Below are positions 34,630 to 46,768 of a stretch of DNA of 64,000 bases, in pieces; position 1 is the first letter of the stretch, and the number at the start of each line of letters is the position of its first letter. The stretch lies in NCBI GenBank assembly GCA_964106645.2, contig OZ067043.1. One strand, given 5' to 3'. A program made the position numbers and the translations under genes. The stretch is from Podarcis pityusensis (taxonomy: Eukaryota). A model generated the notes under the pieces. The model had not been told where the DNA came from. It made no database searches and saw only the letters and a program-made list of their open reading frames with translations.

Positions 34630-36209
34630 GGTGCCCCCCGAGCTGAAGAGCCGGCACACGTGTGAGGGGGGCAGTTGCAAAGCGCATGCGCGCTCGTGGA
34701 GAACCCTTCCGACCACAGAGCTATGAATGGACAGAGACGCGTCGTTGCCCGGATAGGCGGTTTCCGGGCTCCCGTTGAACTCTACAGCAGAGATTCTTGC
34801 GGCATCCCCAGCTGTTGAGGCATAGTAAGCCTCACTGCTTATGGCGAAAGCTGACGGTCAAATAAATTGTCTTAGTCTCCTTTGGTGGTGAGAGGTTGGG
34901 GTGCGAACACAAGCAAATAGGAAATAGCACAAGCGACGCTGACACAAAACCCCACACATACATTAAGTAGGATAGAAGCATTGCCACCCGACCCCGATCC
35001 TACTCACCATGCCCCCCACCTCTTTCCCCCTTTTCTTCCTAAGGTAACACTAATGTCTCAGCAAATGAAACTGATCTGTAGAAAATGTAACTTGAAAAAA
35101 GAGACATTGCACATACTTTTGCAAACCAAGAAATCTTTAATATAAAAATGTGGGGGTTTTTTAAAAAAATACAAATAAATAAATAAATAAATTGTGTTAG
35201 TCTTTAACTGAGTCTTTGCGAGTTTGCCTAAGTGTGGGCCACCCTCTTGGTTTCTTAGAGAAGCCATTTTAAAATGCCCCTCGGGGCCGGAAGTGACAGC
35301 TGCCCATAGCAATCAGTGGAGGAATCCCGGGATCTCGCGCTGGCGGCGCTGCGGTGTCTGCTCAGGGGCAAATGGCCGCGGCAAAGTCGGGCGTGCTTTC
35401 CCTTGCTGAGGGAGAGCTTATTTCGTGTGAAGAAGCACACCCCCCCTCAAAGGAAAACCCCCATATGAACAGCTCTGCCTGTTCAAACTTCCGTGGCGAT
35501 GCAGCCCCCTGTCCTCACACTGCAGATCCGTGTTTCAAGCCGAGGCGGAGAAAAAACATGCCCCACCCCAGCTCTGCAGTGTTGACGTTGGGGGCTTGAC
35601 AACAACCCTGCGGTGTAGGAATACTCTCAGTGTAGGTGGGGTGTGAAGCTGGAGCGCATGGCAGCAACACGACCCTGCAGTATCATCGCAGGTTAGAGCT
35701 GACGCTGAGACTGGTTTGGCTTTGCAGACCAAAATCCCACTCAATTCATACTACAGCTTATAGCTGTAGCGCTTATTTATTATATTTTTTAATTAAAAAA
35801 AAATCCCGCCTTTCTTCCACCGTGGGGGGTTTCCTTCTGGTCCCATTTCATCCAGGTACTGATCCAGACCCGGATCTCGGGCAGGATGGCTTCATAGATG
35901 CCCACATTGCTCCTCTCTGGACGATGCTTCTGCATTACCTGCTTGGAGCACCAGGTGGCTGGTTCTGGATGGGGCCTTTCTCAGCTCGGTTGCATCACTT
36001 CCTTTTGGCTTTCTTCTGTGAGAGCGTGGAAGGCGAGGCTGTTTCTTCGTCCCTGTTCCGGCAAGGAGGCTCCTGTGCAGACGCCCCGAAGAGCATTCTT
36101 TGCACGCGTTTAAAAGGGCAGGAGGGAAGCGCCTTGGAGCCGCGATCGATCTTTCTTTCTTTTTCTTCTGCAAGGACTACCCCTGTCTCTCGCGGAGGCC
36201 GTCGGAAGC
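34630..36209. promoter_or_regulatory. BYSL/MED20 bidirectional CpG-island promoter region
   Basis: Divergent start codons at 34629 (-) and 36210 (+). NRF1 motif GCGCATGCGC at 34682-34691, X-box-like GTTGCCCGGATAG near 34744, ETS CCGGAAGTG near 35288, YY1-type cores near 35263 and 35370. Confidence 0.8.
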
Positions 36210-36223
36210 ATGGGAGTCACCTG
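36210..36223 (+). CDS. MED20: MED20 first coding exon (14 nt)
   Basis: gaagcATGGGAGTCACCTG|gtacgg; phase matches the next exon. Confidence 0.9.
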
Positions 36224-39200
36224 GTACGGCATTTTGACTCGGGTATTGATTGACTCGGGCATTTTGCTGCCGCAGAGTTTGTAGCAGGCTGGTGGTGCTT
36301 GATGGGAGACGATCAGTAGCCGAAAAGACTTCGAAAAGGAGTTGGGGAAGGATAGGTTTTAGAACTGTAACGTGTGAACACGCGAGCGGCGGGTTTTGTA
36401 GTAGAATTGGGTTACCGGCGCTTTAAAGACAAGGCGAGTCGAGATGCTCGTGAAGCAGCAGCAGCGGGAGGCAGGGTTGTTCAAATAGATGCAACTGCCG
36501 TTGAGACGCCTTCAGCGGGGGGAGGGTGTAAGTAGGTGACCTGGCTGTATGAACGAATTGCGTGTCCCCGCAAACGGGGGGTTGTTGCAATAGCTGAGGC
36601 AGTTGCCTGATTATGAGAAAGGAGGATATCGGTTTGTGACATTCAGGCTGAGAAGATGAAGGACGCAGAGAGTCAGGATCCTTGGGTGGATGCATTTGAC
36701 ATTAGAGGCTGGATGTAGGCAAGTATGCGCTTGCTGGTACCACCACAGCTTCACCGCACCCCTGCCCTGGATTCAATAATAATAATAAATACCCTGCCCA
36801 TCTGGCTAAGTTGCCCCATTAGTAACACATCCTCTCAACCTAGGTGGAAACTCAAGGCAGGAGATAAAAAGGGAGAAGACAATGGACAATGAGGTCTAAC
36901 AAAGGGTCATCTGGGATCTGGTCAATTATTGCTGTTGACTTACCTTTAGATATATAAATGACAGATTTTTAGTATTTTATTTCAAGTCCACCTTTCTTCC
37001 AGGGTGGCAAGTGCTGTTTGTTTAAATGGTAAACACAGTTCTCTTTCCTCGTTTTATCCCCATGAGAATCCAGAGAGACCAGTATTATGGGCATAGCAAT
37101 CCAAGCCTCCTTGAAGTTCTGGGGAAGAGCTGAGCTGGATCCGGAAACAGCCCCATTGCCGTCACATGACAGAATTGAGCCTGATTGCTGTGCTAGCTCC
37201 AGGCTGCCACAGCAAGTTGCCCCCTTCTTTCCCCCACCAGCTTGAGGGGAACAGGCACTGGTTGTGGTTTGGATTGCACCCTAATTAATTCAAAATAGTT
37301 AGCCTTTCCACACTAGTTTACAGGAGAATGATGTAAAAATATAGACAATAATAAAATATTTTTATACTACAATTAAAATATACATATTGAAGTAGCTAGT
37401 GCCACAACTGGGGGCTGCTGGGTTGTTGTTGATTCATTGCAGGGCCTTCTCAGTGACAGCTCCCCACCTGTGAAATGCCCTCCCTCATTCTTGACTTTTG
37501 GGAGGAATTTGAAAAGATTCCTCCTCACTGAGCCAATGGATGGCTGAAAGATACTGTTCCTGGAAATCCTGAAATCATTAGCTGAGATCAGGCTATTGTT
37601 TTTAAACTATTTTTAGAATGCTTATAAACTAGAACGTTTTTGAATTTTAAAAAGTAATTTTAATGACAGTGTTTTTATGATACTGTTGCTGCACTGGGCT
37701 TCTTTTGATGTAAGGGCAGGACCACTGGAGAGTTGCAGTGCCAGATGTAGCTGTAGAGACCGATAAGGGAGAGACATGTTTTATTGCAGGTGGGGCAGAT
37801 GAAGGCATCTGGATTTGTTGCTAAAGGGGCACCATGGTGTTTCTACTCTCTGCGCTCCTCCCAGTGGTACATAAAGAAAAAACAAACCAAATTCAACACA
37901 TCAGTCTCAAGAACTAGTAAATATAAACAAGAGCATCCTTATTCTATATAATCATAGTAAATGGGCAGATCTGAAACAAAGAAAAAACACTGTGTACCTT
38001 ATTTCTCTTCTAACAACCTAGACCAGCCATACAACATTTTTAAAATGGTAAAAATTGTGTCTATGCTAAATGTGTGTTTCTTCACTAGTACACCATTACA
38101 GGGGTGTGTGTGTACGTCTATCAGCCTTGACAACCAACTGAATAAATTCTTGCCAATGTGTTTAGTTTTGTGCCTCATTGCCAGTGATACCCAGTGCATA
38201 GCACATTCAAGATGTGTAGAAAAACATCTGAAACAAGCAGATATTGTATAGTCTACCTCACTCTCAGTCTCATTCAAATGCTTTATACAGCCTTGCAAAT
38301 AACATCATAAAAGTTACCAGGCCATAAATGTTTACTCACACACTTGCAGTACCTCAGTTACTTGCGGCATATCAACACAGCCAGTGGGAGAACAGCAACT
38401 CTCTTCTAGTCTGTCTTCCTAGTTGTAACTATTGCAAGTAACTGTTAATAAGTCTATATTTGTAGTTACAGAATGCTCTTGGTTATAAAGCAGATTCCAC
38501 AGAGTATGAGAATTTTTGTGGCTTGAGTTAACACTCCACACTCTTCCATGTCAGTTTAGCCTATATACATAAGTCCCCATTTATTAATTATTTGAGTTTT
38601 TGAAAGTGGCTTTAGATAAATTATGTGACAGTCTACAAAAACCAGGTATGTCTCCCACACTATTGAAACTTAGATGGTAAGCCTCTCGTGGCAGACAATT
38701 TTTTTGTGTTTATTTACTTGTTTATCACTGCCCATGAAACATCCCAAAGCAGTTAGCAATTAAAAATAGATATACAGTGGTACCTCGGGTTAAGAACTTA
38801 ATTTGTTCTTGAAGTCTGTTCTTAACCTGAAACTGTTCTTAACCTGAAGGACCACTTTAGCTAATGGGTCCTGCTGCTGCTGCTGCTGCTGCACCGCTGC
38901 TGCACGATTTCTGTTCTCACCCTGAAGCAAAGTTCTTAACCCCGAAGTAATATTTCTGGGTTAGCGGAGTCTGTAACCTGAAGCGTCTGTAGCCTGAAGC
39001 ATATGTAACCCGAGGTACCACTGTAATAACAATATAAATTTGTTTTTACTACAATCTACTTTGCAAAGGGGTCATATGCACTGGTAGTGCTATGTTAATA
39101 TTGACAATAAAGATGTTACAAACATGGGCTTCTTTGGGTAGCATATAAAGAACGAAAGTACATAGTGGCTGTGATTTTGATCAATGAGGTTTTTTGTTGT

Positions 39201-42200
39201 TCTTGTTGTTGAAATCCTTTCTCCTGTATTAGTGTTTCCCAGATGCCAGTGACGGAGGGGAAGAGTGTCCAGCAAACAGTTGAAATTTTAACAAGAAAGC
39301 TTGAGCTGCTTGGAGCAGAGAAACAGGGAACCTTTTGTGTAGACTGCGAAACGTACCACACTGCACCCTCCACAATGGGCAATCAAGGTAAGCATTTAAT
39401 TTCCTACAATTTAAATCTACAGCAGGTCAAACCACGACTGTTCATTCTCTTTATTTACCAAAAAGGATTTGAGCCCTTAACATGGGTGCACCCATTTTAG
39501 TGTTTATGCAAGCAGCAACAACCCACCCTCAAGAATCTCCCTATTTCCCCCCCAAGGGTGGAAAAGCTTAATTAATTCTCCTCTCACAAACCATGTTGCT
39601 GGTACAGTGGCCTTAACTGCATTTTCCTAAATAAATACATAAATCCAACACATCCAGAGGCTGGCTAACAATCCTGGACTACACTGCAGGGGTGTCATAC
39701 ATTACTCTCCCCTCCCACCCACAAAACGAAAAAAAAGTACGGCAGCACTGGAGTACTTTGCAGGGCTGTAACTCGTGCTTTCTCAAACACAGTATCTAGC
39801 CCCTGTAACATCGATATACTAATGATTGATTTTATTTGTATTTGTATTTGTATTAGCAGGGTATTTTTTAAAAAATATACACATACTCAGAAAAATATCA
39901 GTTTTGGCATTAAACTGAACCTGAGTCAGAAAGAACATGAACTCCTGCCTTTGCTGCTAACTTTTGGAACCATCACTTCTCTACTAAGGAATATGAGACA
40001 TCATTTCCATATGAACCAGTCGCTTCTCCATTGTAGGAATGTAGAGAGAAAAATTTAAAGTGGCCAAGGAAGTCCTAAAAACGGCTTCAGAATGAACCAG
40101 GAAGTCCCTTCTCTGGACAATGAAGGAAGGACTTCCTGGGTCATTTTGAAATCATTTGGGGGGTCTTCTCTTCAAGTTGTATGAATCTAAATTTCTCTCT
40201 AGCACTCAGCAATCACAGTGGGTTCATATCTCACAAAGCAATGGTTTTGAATGGCACCGATACATTTTGCTTCATAATCTTTGTTCTAAAAGGGGTTGAG
40301 ACTTACTTAAAAAACTAAAATCTCAGAGTGTACCCACCCTCCACTGGCTTTGGGCTGGTATAGATGTACCTCTTTGCACACACACACCCTTTTCAGCATC
40401 CTTGCTTGTTCCATTGACTGCAGTGTGAACAAAGTTCAGTGGACCTTTGCATCATTAGTCAGGATCCAACCCACTAGCGCCAAGCACTTTTAGCATCATC
40501 AGATAAACCCTGCAAGTAAGTCTTTGAAAGAAACTTTTACACAAAAACTTGTTGACAAATGAACATTTCAGCAATGTTTGTGTCTTCCAAATGACATATG
40601 ATTGATTCAAGGTTCCATTAATCTAAGCAAAACATATTTTACAAGCTATGTGATACTTGTTAGACCTGAATTAAATTCATCTGGAAGATAATTAGCAGAG
40701 CTGAGGTTTTACAGTGGTAGCTGAAGCCAGATTTCCTGAAGGAACTTGGAAACGTTCAGTGTATTCCTCATCACCCTGGAATATGGCTCAGGGAGTTTGG
40801 CATTCTGGATTGCCAGCAAATGTTCTTTGCCACTTTCTCATAAGTTAATTATTTTCCCCTCTAGATGTCAGCAGTGTGCTTGGGCACCCATCCTTTTGCC
40901 TCAGGTTCATAAACATGGCTGGATCCATGATTGCTAGCATGGAGATACATACCGTATTTTTCGCACCATAGGACGCACCGGACAATAGGACGCACTTTGT
41001 TTTAGAGGGGGGAGAACAAGAAAAAAAATTATCCCCCTCTCTGCCCAGCGCCCCTTCAGCGAAGCGGCAGGAGGCGCTGCGCAGAGAGGGGGAGAACTTT
41101 CCCCCTCTTGTTTTCCCGCTCTAAAACAAGGTGCCATTTAAGCGTTCAGGCGGCTACCTTGGAAGCCTGGAGAGCGAGAGGGGTCGGTGTGCACTGACCC
41201 CTCTCGCTCTCCAGGCTTCAGGGTCCTTTCGACCTGCTCTTTGGGGCTGGCGGGGGGAAGCCCACCACCAGCCCCAAAGAGCAGGTCAGGGAGCAGCGGA
41301 AAGGCGCAGCGGAGAGGCTCCTGCCATAGCCGTGCGTCACCTCTCCAGCCGGGAGAGGGTCGCGGGGCTATGACTTCTTTAGCCCCGCGCGCGCTCTCCC
41401 GGCTGGAGAGGTGACGCACAGCTATAGAGGCTCCTGCCATAGTCGCGCGTCACCTCTCCAGCCGGGAGAGGGTCGCGGGGCTATGGCTTCTTTAGCCCTG
41501 CGCGTGCTCTCCTAGCTGGAGAGCTGACGTGCGGCTATAGAGGCTCCTGCCATAGCCGCACGTCACCTCTCCAGCCGGGAGAGGGTCGCGGGGCTATGGC
41601 GTCTTCGCTCCATAGGACGCACACACATTTCCCCTTCATTTTTGAAGGGGGAAAAGTGCGTCCTATAGAGCGAAAAATATGGTATATTTCTGCAGTTTCT
41701 CAGTAGGGCTTGAATCAATTCCCTACTCCTGGCTTTCACTAAGCACATTAAAACTGTGGAGAAAAACAGCAAAACACCACTAGAGCTGTACTGTAAGCAT
41801 ATCTGGGAGTAAGCCCTATTAAACCCAGTGACAGTGAGTATCTGAATTAAAAATAGATCGGATTAGGCTGCCTGTATAACTACTAGTTTAATCTGGAGAG
41901 AAACCCTGCAGTGATTTTTTAAAGAGGTATTTCTAAAGCCTCATTTAGATTAGTTATAAAGATGCATCTTATTTGGAATCCTAAAACAGTTGCAGCACAG
42001 GGGACAGTTACATCAGTTGCTAACACATCATTGTACTTGCCTTAAAAAAACAACCCCAGACCAACTTACATTACAGACATTAAAATCAGGTATAAAAACA
42101 GAAGTCTAAAATCACATCCATTCCAAACATATATAAAAGACAGGTCTAATACAACCCACACCACTCAAAACTGGAAAGAAATAGGCCACAAATATACCCC

Positions 42201-44616
42201 AAATCCTGCAAAAGCATCGTTTTTGCCTGGTACAATTCCCACTGGTACAGTAGGACCAACATTTGCTATTACTGAATCGATCCATTGATCAGATCAGCTT
42301 AATCCCTTCATTTTAAGGGGGATTGGCAAACTTTCTCTGGAGTGTAACAGAGATGCAGATCTTAGTACTAATGTCTACTTAGGCATGGCTACAATGCAGG
42401 GCTGGCTAGCCTGTGGGCTGGATTCAGCCTAGCAAGCTGCAGGAAGTGGCTTGCCAGCCCCTACAACTTTTTCTTTGTCTCCCGATCTCAGCGCTGAGTT
42501 AGGGAGACAAAACGTTCTATGTGCTCTTTAGAGGTGACATTGAGGGCAGCATTTCCCCCACCCCTCCCACTCCAGTGGTAGGGGAAGGATTGGAAGCACT
42601 GTACGTATTTTGTTCCTTACAGAAGTACCTCTGAGTTCTAAAAGGCAGCATTTCCCCATGCTGTCCCTGACCTACCAGAGGTGGACAGGGAAGAGTGGGC
42701 TCTCCTGGTGCAGGACTTCTTCCTGTCCTCCTGCCCTAGGGCTGCCATACATCCGGATCTTCCCTGGGTTTGTCCAAAAAAAGTTCAACAACTTTTGGGG
42801 TGTCCTGGTTTTTACTTTTTGAAATGTGGCAACCCTATCCTGTCCCCAGCCCTCTGGAGCTGACTTTGAAGGTCCATGGGGAGCCAGAGATCATGGAGGA
42901 GTAGACCGGTGAGGGAGAGGAAGCTCTATTGTGTGTGCAGAAGTCCATTGTGCCAATAGAGCTGCAACACTGGATACAATCCCAGGTCTTGTGTTCACTG
43001 TGCTCTGCATAGTACTGTGCCACAATAGATTCATTAGGCTTCTGAAGATTTTTGCAATGACTGTTGTAGTTCAAATTATAGTCAAACCCCTCTTCTCTCC
43101 ATCTTGCAAAAGAATGTTGTTGAGTGTACTTTTGTAAGGAGGTTAAGCGGATGTGTATCTGAAGTATATACTCTAGAAAGAACAAATGCTCATTTATCTC
43201 AAGATCATGGTTCTTTAAGTAAAATAACATTGATTGTGTTTTGCTAGCCTGGAAAAGCCATTCAGCGACCAGCGCGACGTAGAGATTCTGTAACAGCCCC
43301 AGTGGTTGTCAAGCAGCAAAGAGACAAAGGAAAATGTAACAGATGTTTCATTTTAAAGCATCTTAAGAGGGAAGGAATAACAACCTTGAAGTGAAAGTAA
43401 TGCTGCTCTTGTTTCAGGGCAGGCTGCCAAGCTGATGTATGTGATGCACAATTCCGAATATCCCCTCAGCTGCTTCGCTCTCTTTGAAAATGGTCCTTGC
43501 CTCATAGCAGATGCCAACTTTGACGTACTTATGGTAAAGCTGAAAGGCTTCTTTCAGAATGCCAAAGGGAACAAGATAGAGAGCCGGGGAACCCGGTACC
43601 AGTACTGCGATTTCTTGGTGAAGATTGGCACTGTTACCATGGGGCCCAGCGCCCGTGGTATATCTGTGGAGGTAAGGATGCTCCTCAAACAAGGGGGAAG
43701 GTGGGATATGAGGTAATATATTACATGGCTCCAGCTCAGGACAGGTATAGCAAACAGTTTACTGAATCAGGAAACATATCTAATAAGTATATAGGAGGTG
43801 AGACGGTCTTTGTGGGCCTTTGAGGTGGTGTGGACTGCATGGTAACTGGGGCTCTTGGGAGCTGGAGTCAAACAACATCTGGAGTGCCACAGGTTTCCCA
43901 GGCCTTCCATAGGACATAACAGTACCTGGTTTATCCCCTCAGAGCATGCAGCTAGGTGTGCACACAGGCAGGGCACCAGGGCGATCCAGGGTTCATGAAA
44001 CCTACACAAACCCTTCCCATATCCCTGTCCAGACTCCCACCCCACCCCACTGTGGTTAAGGGGTAATATCTCAAAAAGGGAGTTGCTATGTTGTACTCAA
44101 TTTTTCCTCCACATGTGCTGAGAAGCCTTTCTTTCCCTTCATGATCTTTTATCTCTGTGCAAAGCCGTGACTATTTCAACCTGAGGGTCCACAAGTTGGT
44201 TGATTTGCTTGGCACACAGGCTTTAAAAGAAGTGATCCCGTTACAACGAGCTTACTAAGCACCATTTGTAGCACATTAGCTGTGTAACTGTTCTCCATAG
44301 AGTGTTTTGTAGGCATTGTATAACACGAGCTCTTTAAGGGGCGAATATATGCCTGGTTCATGAAAAATGAAAACTGGATGGATGGGCAATTCTTGGCGGA
44401 GCAGATTCAGACAGCTGACAGCTCGAGGTCACTGAGCTGTTTCAGTTGAGGGAAAGCCCAGTGTCAGTGGGGTGACATCCTTGGGCAGTTGTCAGTGCCC
44501 CAGCAGAGTCCACTGCTGCTTTTCCTCAAGACGTTTTAAAAAGCTAATGCATACCAGTGCTATCTTGGAGTTTATGGCAGTGCCCCGGAAGTTGAGCGGT
44601 CTTGGAGCAGTGTAAT

Positions 44617-44658
<42 letters not shown>

Positions 44659-46768
44659 GGTGGCTGTTTTTACACTGCTAGATTCAGAATTTGCCATTTC
44701 TATCTCTGATGCCATTAGGAGCTATCACTGGGGCAAGTGGAGCTAGGTGCCATCAATATGCTGGTGACGCTCAGCTCTCGTTGTCCATAGCATTAAAAGC
44801 AAGAGGCAGTGAAGATCCTGGGCCAGTGTCTGGATGCAATGGTGGGCTGAATGAGAGGACATAAGATGAGCCTGAATCCTGGCAAGAAGGAGGCTCTGTG
44901 GGCAAGTGGTTTTTGTGTCTGAGAAGCTGGTCCATTGCCTGCTACAGATGGGGTTGCGCTCCCTCTGAAGGAGCAGGTATGTAACCTTGCCCTTGGTGGC
45001 AAAGAGGGCAGACAGCTGCAACCATTCCTGCACTGGGTCATCTTGGTAACTTCAAGGCTACGCTACTTGAATACACTCTACATGGGGCTTCCCTTGTGCT
45101 TGGTCCAGAAACTGCCATTAATGCAGAATGCTACAACAGAATGGTTGACAGGAGAGTCTCTTGGCATATTACACCTGTGCTCAAAGTGTAATCCATTTGT
45201 TAGAATGGAGGTTGTGTTACTAATTGAACTTTGGCTTGGCAATCCAGACAGTTAGGTCTTTTAATTTCAACAATTTTTAAAAAGTATTATCAAAGACCTA
45301 ATCCTGTTTACAGATGAAACCTTTTCCTGTGAACAGGATGTGCTGTCTTTGGTTCTGAACTAATCAAAATGCATTTGAGAGGGTGTGATTCACAAATTAA
45401 ATTTGAGTTGTTTATGCCGATTTATGGGCATGGTTTTGATTTTTAAACAAGGCTAGTCCAATGCCTATGGAGAACTGAATGGGTAGTGGTTAGCAAGCTC
45501 TGAACATAGACATACATACACAAACCTGCACAAAGCTTTTCTTTTGGATTTGTAGCATTAAACCTTTGTTGTGCAATGAATGCCAATTAAAACAAATGAC
45601 ACGGTAGCCTTGATGATCTCAGCCAAAGGCATGATCCACTGATCAGAACCAAAGGCATACGCTTGAAAAGCTGACACTTTCATATCACTACCTAGTACTT
45701 ACTTGCTGTGTCACTTTGTCAATTACCTAGGCATTGCAGCTATACCGTATAAATACTACTTCCACCTCTGGGTTCAGTAATTGTCTCTAATCAGCTGAGA
45801 GCTGTATCTCCATCTGCTGAGGATGAACAGTAAAATCCTAGAGGAAGGTAACTTGACTGGCAATTCCTCAGCTTTGGAACCATTTCTCCCCACCCCCGAG
45901 AGGTTTGCCAAAGCCTGGATTTGATCAGAATCCAGAATTAATACAACATTTGTGACATGAGCAAACGTTTTGTGACTTTGGCTAATTTTAGTCTTATGCT
46001 TATTTATAATAAAAAAAATTTGCTATGGACGCCACCCCAAAAAGGCACTGAATTTGCCCTTGCTTTGGGCATTTATTCTAATCTTGCAGTGATAAGCCCA
46101 TACAAGCTTAAGGGTTGTAGCCATTGCTGCATGACCAGAGTTCTGTTTGCACAGTGGGAGTTCCCTTTCCTCACACTACGCGATTCCAAAATCTATTCTG
46201 GAGCACCTCGCAACCATATGGAGCAGATTTTGAGGATACATGGGTGGGGGCTGCAACGGAGAGGAAATTTCCATAGTACAAATGGAAATCTGCTGCTTGA
46301 ACGAAACAGCAGTGTTTGATACAACCCTAAATAGAGCTAGAACTTGAGAGTGTCTGCTTGAAAGTTCTCAAGCGCCTCAGGATTTTCACAATCTCCATTA
46401 ACCCTCAGCAATCTTTCTTGCAAAGAACGGGTGAGCCTCTCCACTGCTACTAAACATTATGCTTTTTGAGAGGTTGGGATGGAATCGTAACTGCCCGCTG
46501 GAGAGTTCTTGTTGGCGGCTGGCTGCTTCAGAGCTTTTGTTTCTGTTGCCAGGTGGAATACTGTCCGTGTGTGGTGGCCAACGACTGCTGGAACCTGTTA
46601 ATGGAGTTCATGCAAAGCTTCATGGGAAGCCACGCTCCCGGAATCCCATCTGTGTTTGGCAATAAGCACGACAGCATCTACAGCTCGGCTGACACAATGG
46701 TCCAGTACATGGAACTCTTCAACAAGATTCGCAAGCAGCAGCAGGTGCCTGTCGCAGGAATCAGATGA
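36210..46768 (+). CDS. MED20: Mediator complex subunit 20, whole coding span; exons 36210-36223, 39233-39387, 43418-43671, 46553-46768 (212 aa)
   Basis: [47 protein letters not shown]...[20 protein letters not shown]; exons 14/155/254/216 = 639 nt; GT-AG introns. Confidence 0.96.
38775..39023. mobile_element. Tc1/mariner (Tigger/pogo-like) MITE in MED20 intron 1
   Basis: Perfect 18-bp TIRs CAGTGGTACCTCGGGTTA / TAACCCGAGGTACCACTG with TA on both sides. Confidence 0.9.
39233..39387 (+). CDS. MED20: MED20 coding exon 2
   Basis: tattag|TGTTTCCCAGATG; [17 protein letters not shown]...STMGNQ; donor gtaagc. Confidence 0.96.
40952..41682. mobile_element. Tc1/mariner non-autonomous element with internal hairpins and a 113-bp tandem repeat, in MED20 intron 2
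   Basis: TA|CCGTATTTTTCGCACCATAGGACGCAC ... GTGCGTCCTATAGAGCGAAAAATATGG|TA. Confidence 0.88.
41313..41600. repeat. About 2.5 tandem copies of a 113-bp internally palindromic unit
   Basis: AGAGGCTCCTGCCATAG recurs at 41313, 41426 and 41539. Confidence 0.9.
42737..42837. mobile_element. 101-bp hAT (Tip100-like) MITE
   Basis: TIRs TAGGGCTGCCA ... TGGCAACCCTA; 8-bp TSD TCCTGCCC / TCCTGTCC (7/8). Confidence 0.8.
43418..43671 (+). CDS. MED20: MED20 coding exon 3
   Basis: gtttcag|GGCAGG; [26 protein letters not shown]...ARGISVE; donor gtaagg. Confidence 0.96.
44618..44657. repeat. (TG)n microsatellite
   Basis: About 20 TG units. Confidence 0.95.
44960..45190 (+). mobile_element. Decayed L2 internal fragment
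   Basis: CTCTACATGGGGCTTCCCTTG...CAGAAACTGCCATTAATGCAGAATGCT (LYMGLPL...QKL..MQNA, L2 ORF2). Confidence 0.6.
46553..46768 (+). CDS. MED20: MED20 coding exon 4 (terminal)
   Basis: gttgccag|GTGGAA; [23 protein letters not shown]...VPVAGIR then TGA. Confidence 0.96.
   Translation: MEYCPCVVANDCWNLLMEFMQSFMGSHAPGIPSVFGNKHDSIYSSADTMVQYMELFNKIRKQQQVPVAGIR

Noticed and set aside
35636-36253. 205-aa plus-strand ORF upstream of MED20
   Set aside because: Non-ATG start, no recognisable domain, and out of frame with the MED20 ATG exon
41313-41600. Regularly spaced palindromic repeats resembling a CRISPR array
   Set aside because: The inter-repeat segments are themselves repeated, there are no unique spacers or cas genes, and the array lies inside transposon TIRs in a vertebrate intron
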